A stretch of 13,602 nt of DNA, taken from positions 1-13,602 of the forward strand of contig JAQGDQ010002135.1 in assembly GCA_030141605.1 (NCBI GenBank), given 5' to 3'. The position numbers and the translations under genes were made by a program. The DNA is from Tubiluchus corallicola (lineage: Eukaryota; Animalia; Priapulida). Positions 9,383-13,602 of the stretch are shown here, piece after piece (the stretch's first letter is position 1; every line of letters begins with the position of its first letter). Below the pieces are notes generated by a model that saw only the letters and a program-made list of their open reading frames with translations, did not search any database and had not been told where the DNA came from.

Positions 9383-9584
9383 CTGAAAAATACGTACAAG
9401 TTATAGCTTAGAGACACTCCCTTGGTTGTTGCTAAGAAAAAGAAAACACACCAACATTTTTAAAGCCATAACAAAACATGTATTTTAACCTTATCTTACC
9501 ACATTAGGTCTACATGTTGTTTAATCAAGTTTTTCTTACAGTGTTGCCATGTCTTGTTGTTACTCGGCATTCTTGATTATGTAA

Positions 9585-10190
9585 TGGATGCGAACTCATT
9601 CCAGTATATTCCTTTGCAGTTTCATGATGATCCATTGTGAATTGGCAGAGCCTTAACTTTTTTCTGAGAATGATGTTATAATTATCATCTTGAATTTAAA
9701 ATGAAAAATCGAGAATCCGATTGCCAATTCCATCAATCCATGGGGAATTCGCTTTATTATACTCCTTGCGAACTAGCAGAGCTTAGCCCTTTTTTTGAAA
9801 ATTATACTTTGACGCTCTTGAATTCAAAGTAGCGAATGGAAAATCTGACTCCGTCAGTTGATGCTGAACTTGTTCCAGTATACTCCTCGTGAACAGGCAG
9901 AGCCTTAATCTTTTTTCGATAATGTGTTTTTCCGCCATTGAATTCAAAATGACAGACTGAAAATCCGACTGTATCAATCCCTCAATCGATGCCGAATTCG
10001 ATCTACTATATTCTTTAAAGTTTCTTGATGATGCATTGCGAGCCTTAGGCTTTTGCGAAAAATATGTCACCATCTTCAATACAAAATGGCGGATCAAATA
10101 ATTTACTTCGACAGTCGATGAGGAAGTTGTTCTAGTATACTCTTACGAAGCTTTGTGACGATTCGTTGCGAATTTACGGAGCCTTAGGGT
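9585..10190. repeat. Degenerate ~120-140-bp tandem subrepeats (about 5 copies), probably an old transposon remnant
   Basis: The anchor GAGC(C)TTA occurs at 9648, 9779, 9900, 10040 and 10179. Recurring CATCTTGAATTYAAAATG-like and GATGCNGAACT..TTCYAGTATA-like blocks lie between the anchors. Confidence 0.7.
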
Positions 10191-10325
10191 TTGTTCAAAA
10201 GATCAATCTTAAACAACAACAATAGCCACATCCAAATGAGCCGCGATTTGGTTTGATGTGTCACGTGGAACTCTCACAAAAAATTGAACAGAAATGCAAG
10301 TGACGTATGCAGGTATGAAGTATAA

Positions 10326-10726
10326 AGTCAGGCTTAGGTCGACCTTGCGATGCAATGCAACTGAGAACAAGTGGAAACTCAGCAACTGGCTTCGTACATT
10401 ACATCGCCAGTTAAACGATATCCATTCAACATACGATGCAGATCAACAAAACGCAATTCAGTTTTATTGAGTTGATCATGTGCTACTTGCAGCATACGCT
10501 TTCTACGCAGTTCCAATCCAACCTAACAACCTGAGTATTGTTTACCGATGATTGTGGTCTGGTCAGACAATTTTTTCGTTCGCATGCACTCAGTTGCTGC
10601 GACTCGCACGAACTCGTAACATCCTATCTACGTGCAGTTGCTGGAAATCTGAGCGTGTGCGTACACGACTATTTCCTGTAGGTGAAGGCGAGTTGCACTG
10701 CGTCACAAGTCTACCTAAGCTTGACT
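10326..10726. mobile_element. PIF/Harbinger (Tourist-like) MITE, 401 bp, in the pentraxin intron
   Basis: TIRs: 10326-10362 AGTCAGGCTTAGGTCGACCTTGCGATGCAATGCAACT versus reverse complement of 10691-10726, AGTCAAGCTTAGGTAGAC-TTGTGACGCAGTGCAACT (31/37). TAA flanks both sides (10323-10325 and 10727-10729), consistent with a TWA TSD. Confidence 0.82.
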
Positions 10727-11057
10727 TAAGGTGATTCAGAACTGGTAGAACTGCTTTTCTGAATGCCAACCAAATCTTGTATAGTATTTAACGCGTCTAG
10801 AATTTTGAATTGTGTGGCATTTTCATGAGACTAGAAGATGGACTAAAACAATGGGCAGAAAATCGTTTAACTAAATTTCTGCATTATAAATATTTTGTCA
10901 ACGTATTCAATTTTGAGTAGAGTTCTTTTACGAGACAAGTTTTTTATATAATTTTGTTGCAATAAGAGTGACAAGCTTGTTTCAATCAGAGTTATCACAG
11001 ACAAAAACAAATAGAAGTTGTGACAGTGCCATGCTGGTAATAACAATGCTCACGTAC

Positions 11058-11292
11058 CCATCAACGCAAAACCTTAATTTGTCTGTCTTGTCTGTATAGA
11101 CTGAGATGGTGATTCCATTTGGTGAACTTTCCGTGGAATAACAAAAGAAACAGTTTTTGTAGTTGGATGATTGATCTATCTTCAGCCATGCACAAACTGT
11201 AAATTCTCTTATGGATTCATGAGCTGAAACATCTTTTGAAAAATACTTAGTGCTGCTACTTTTCTCAAAGTACAGCTCAGTGTGACAACCGT
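11058..11292 (-). CDS. Pentraxin-domain protein, internal exon (N-terminal part of the domain)
   Basis: Acceptor TTTTTTTCAG|AC at 11294-11293, phase 1. Encodes (D)GCHTELYFEKSSSTKYFSKDVSAHESIREFTVCAWLKIDQSSNYKNCFFCYSTESSPNGITISVYTDKTDKLRFCVD(G). LYF, FTVCAWLK and FCYST..N are typical pentraxin N-terminal motifs. Confidence 0.88.
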
Positions 11293-11665
11293 CTGAAAAA
11301 AACAAGAAGTTTTGTTATAAACACGACTTACCAAATTATAATAACGCAAATCTTTTTCTTAATTCGAAGAATGGGTGCTTGATTAGAAACCCTATAATTA
11401 AAAATTGAGCCCCATGTTTCAAAACAGTCCAGTGACCCATCATCAGATTTTGCCTGATGATCACGGTGATTGTTTGAAACATTGTATTTTCTCTTTTTCT
11501 TAGTAGTGAAATTTTTCATTCATTATAATTATCCAAAATCACAAAGTTGAGTTACAGAAGCAGTGTAAAGCATACATTTACATGGGACACATGCACACAG
11601 AGAGAGACTGCTTCCCATATATCGATCAGTACTTCGAAAGTGTGTGGCTCAAGGGCTTTTCTTAC

Positions 11666-11840
11666 CTAACATTCGAATGCAGTTTGAAAAACATGGTGCG
11701 AATTGTTTGCCTAACAGCAAATCACAGAAAGTGTATTGCAATATGGCGTCCATTGTTTGTATCAGAATTTGCGTTAGTCTAGGAATCCCTCTGTGTGCAG
11801 GAACGACATTTAAATCTATGGCACAAAGTTTCTTTCTCAA
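11666..11840 (-). CDS. Candidate upstream exon of the pentraxin gene (option A; 5' boundary unknown)
   Basis: The open frame ...CFSNCIRML ends at a strong phase-1 donor, TTAG|GTAAGA (11665), compatible with the acceptor at 11293. The peptide shows no recognisable homology and no clear signal peptide. Confidence 0.2.
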
Positions 11841-12144
11841 AACGAAAACAATATCTGTTCTAGTGTGAAACGTTGGACAAGAGCCATTTTAATGTAAGAG
11901 CCACTTGTTGGAAAGGATGGTGTCGGAAACGACCCGATTTCAACAATCCATGAAATAAACATGAAATAACGAACACTGACATAATTTCCTTTTCTACAGA
12001 TGATTTAAAAAAGAACAACTGTTTGTTATACACAAATAATCGCAAATTTGGCAAAAATAAAGCAAAGGCAGAAAAACGAACACACTCCATCATCTCGTCT
12101 GTTCAAACTAGAACAAAAACTCTCCACGCGCCAAATGCTCATGG

Positions 12145-12216
12145 CCAATCAGAAACTTTCTTGCTGTCACGTGCCTCGCGTTCGCGACAGATGCAGTCCA
12201 CTTTGCAGTATTTATA
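12145..12216. promoter_or_regulatory. CCAAT box / E-box / TATA-like motif cluster
   Basis: CCAATCAG from 12145, GTCACGTG at 12166-12173, a CpG-rich patch, and TATTTATA at 12209-12216 (TATAAATA on the minus strand). Motif evidence only. Confidence 0.3.
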
Positions 12217-12354
12217 GTAGTTCTGTTATTAAGCTAAATACTGGAATTGTTGGTTCAATATTTTCAATGTCACTTTGATCTTATATATTTGGATTTAATT
12301 CAACTAGGTTTTATTTCTAAATGTCATAGCGTGCTACCGAAAAAAGAACACCAG

Positions 12355-12361
12355 TTTATAT

Positions 12362-12436
<75 letters not shown>

Positions 12437-12446
12437 TTTGTTTATT
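12355..12446. repeat. (TTTA)n microsatellite, ~20 copies
   Basis: Read directly from the sequence. Confidence 0.97.
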
Positions 12447-12762
12447 CAAATTAAACATTTGTCTCTTTAGAACACATCTATACAAACATTAACAAATATG
12501 GTTAATTGGCTAGTGATTAATCGTTTGAATCACAATAACTATCATTATTGCATTCGAGGCACCAACTATGCACAGAATCGTTAAATGGGAGGTATTAATC
12601 ATGATTACATATGTTTGAAAACGCAATCTTGATAATAGGTAGAAGCAAAGTGTTTTAGTTTATGCTTATATGACACTATTATTGTTGATACTAGGAGTTG
12701 TTATTACTTTTAGTAGTTACAGATACTTTGGGCAAGTACTGGCTATGGCTTCTTAAATGCTT

Positions 12763-13100
12763 GATATAATGTAATGTAATGTAATGTGATATGATATGAT
12801 ATGATATGATATGCTATGCTATGATATGATATGATATGATATGATATGATATGATATGATATGATATGATATGATATGATATGATATGATATGATATGAT
12901 ATGATATGATATGATATGATATGATATGATATGATATGATATGATATGATATGATATGATATGATATAATATAATATAATATAATATAATATAATATAAT
13001 ATAATATAATATAATATAATATAATATAATATAATATAATATAATATAATATAATATAATATAATATAATATAATATAATATAATATAATATAATATAAT
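12763..13100. repeat. Compound pentanucleotide microsatellite (TAATG)n-(TGATA)n-(TGCTA)2-(TGATA)n-(TAATA)n
   Basis: Read directly from the sequence; all blocks keep the same 5-bp register. Confidence 0.97.
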
Positions 13101-13305
13101 AAATGCCCAATTATTAAATTTTTAACCTGACTGAGCACTTTATTGTGTATATCGTATTTTTCATAGGAGCTTGGTAAATATCTTGAATTATCCCACTTCC
13201 TTGTCATAAATAATTAACATATTCTTGCCTTTCAGCTCTCTCTCTCTCTCTGCACTGTATTTTTAATGTCATTCAATTGCAGTAGATGTGATTAAATCTT
13301 TTAGA

Positions 13306-13356
13306 TAGTGTGTTCCAAAGCTTGGGGTCGCCAAACACTTTTCGTGGGGTCGCACG
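13306..13356 (+). mobile_element. Possible degraded 5' end of a hAT (Charlie-like) element
   Basis: TAGTGTGTTCCAAAGCTTGGGGTCGCC...TGGGGTCGC resembles CAGTGKTTCYCAAACTKGGGGTCGC-type hAT termini with repeated GGGGTCGC subterminal motifs. No partner end found. Confidence 0.35.
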
Positions 13357-13586
13357 CTAGTCCAAAAACTGTTTTTAAAAAATGCCGTTTTCATGAAAAA
13401 TTTCTAAATAGGTCTTGTTTCCTCAGTCTCCCATTACATGATTTTGTTCTGGAAAATGAAACTGGGTTTTCCCGCTCTAAATGCGGCACGTCAGAGCTCG
13501 ATTTTCGGGAAAAATGAAAATGCACTTTGTTCCATGTTGTACACTTATGTACAGTGTACACTGCCCGAAAGCGTGTCTCATTTTAC

Positions 13587-13602
13587 CTTGGATACCTATT
13601 GT
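13587..13602 (-). CDS. Candidate 3' end of an upstream pentraxin exon (option B), cut by the window edge
   Basis: Minus strand ACA ATA GGT ATC CAA G|GTAAAA is open and phase 1. Splicing to 11292 would give ...TIGIQ-D-GCHTELYF. Only 16 nt are visible. Confidence 0.25.

Larger units (their letters stand above)
9383..11057 (-). other. Phase-2 GT-AG intron (1675 nt) within the pentraxin domain
   Basis: Donor GATGG|GTACGT at 11057 and acceptor TTTTTCAG|G at 9383. Splicing restores GGG (Gly) and the frame ...LRFCVDG-DKDYIY... Confidence 0.8.

Noticed and set aside
9383-9417. ORF-track start (MSLSYNLYVFFR), and likewise the MFFS start and YVSIVITS... tail of ORF 10982-11305
   Set aside because: These are read-through into intron sequence beyond the splice sites. 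Pentraxin similarity stops at the junctions.
11293-11331. 39-nt intron using donor TTG|GTAAGT at 11331 to join the 11328-11519 ORF to the pentraxin exon
   Set aside because: The donor is phase 2 in that ORF. The phase-1 frame that is needed has TAA two codons upstream (TTA TAA TTT G).
12247-13207. ORFs with FIYL, YYIIL and YHIIS repeats
   Set aside because: They are translations of the (TTTA)n and pentamer microsatellites.

Overview
AT-rich, intron-containing, repeat-rich eukaryotic DNA, most consistent with an invertebrate animal. No prokaryotic operon, rRNA, tRNA or CRISPR features are visible. Two protein-coding genes lie on the minus strand. (1) A heparan-sulfate glucosamine 3-O-sulfotransferase-like (HS3ST family) type II membrane protein starts at 597 and runs off the left edge; the ORF track missed it because there is no stop codon in the window. 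(2) A spliced pentraxin-domain gene has two phase-compatible exons (11292-11058 and 9382-8953); its upstream exon(s) are uncertain. The rest is repetitive: a 2.6-kb 37-bp TTAATTAA-rich satellite, a pentamer-derived 25/35-bp minisatellite with a 155-bp higher-order repeat, three TIR-bounded MITE-like elements, a probable solo LTR carrying a perfect heat-shock element with TATA-like and Inr motifs, a degenerate ~130-bp repeat, and microsatellites. I cannot support a wholly new multi-gene system here. The best leads are the substituted active-site residues of the sulfotransferase, the Cys-rich PTX3-like pentraxin, the HSE-bearing LTR and the hierarchical repeats.
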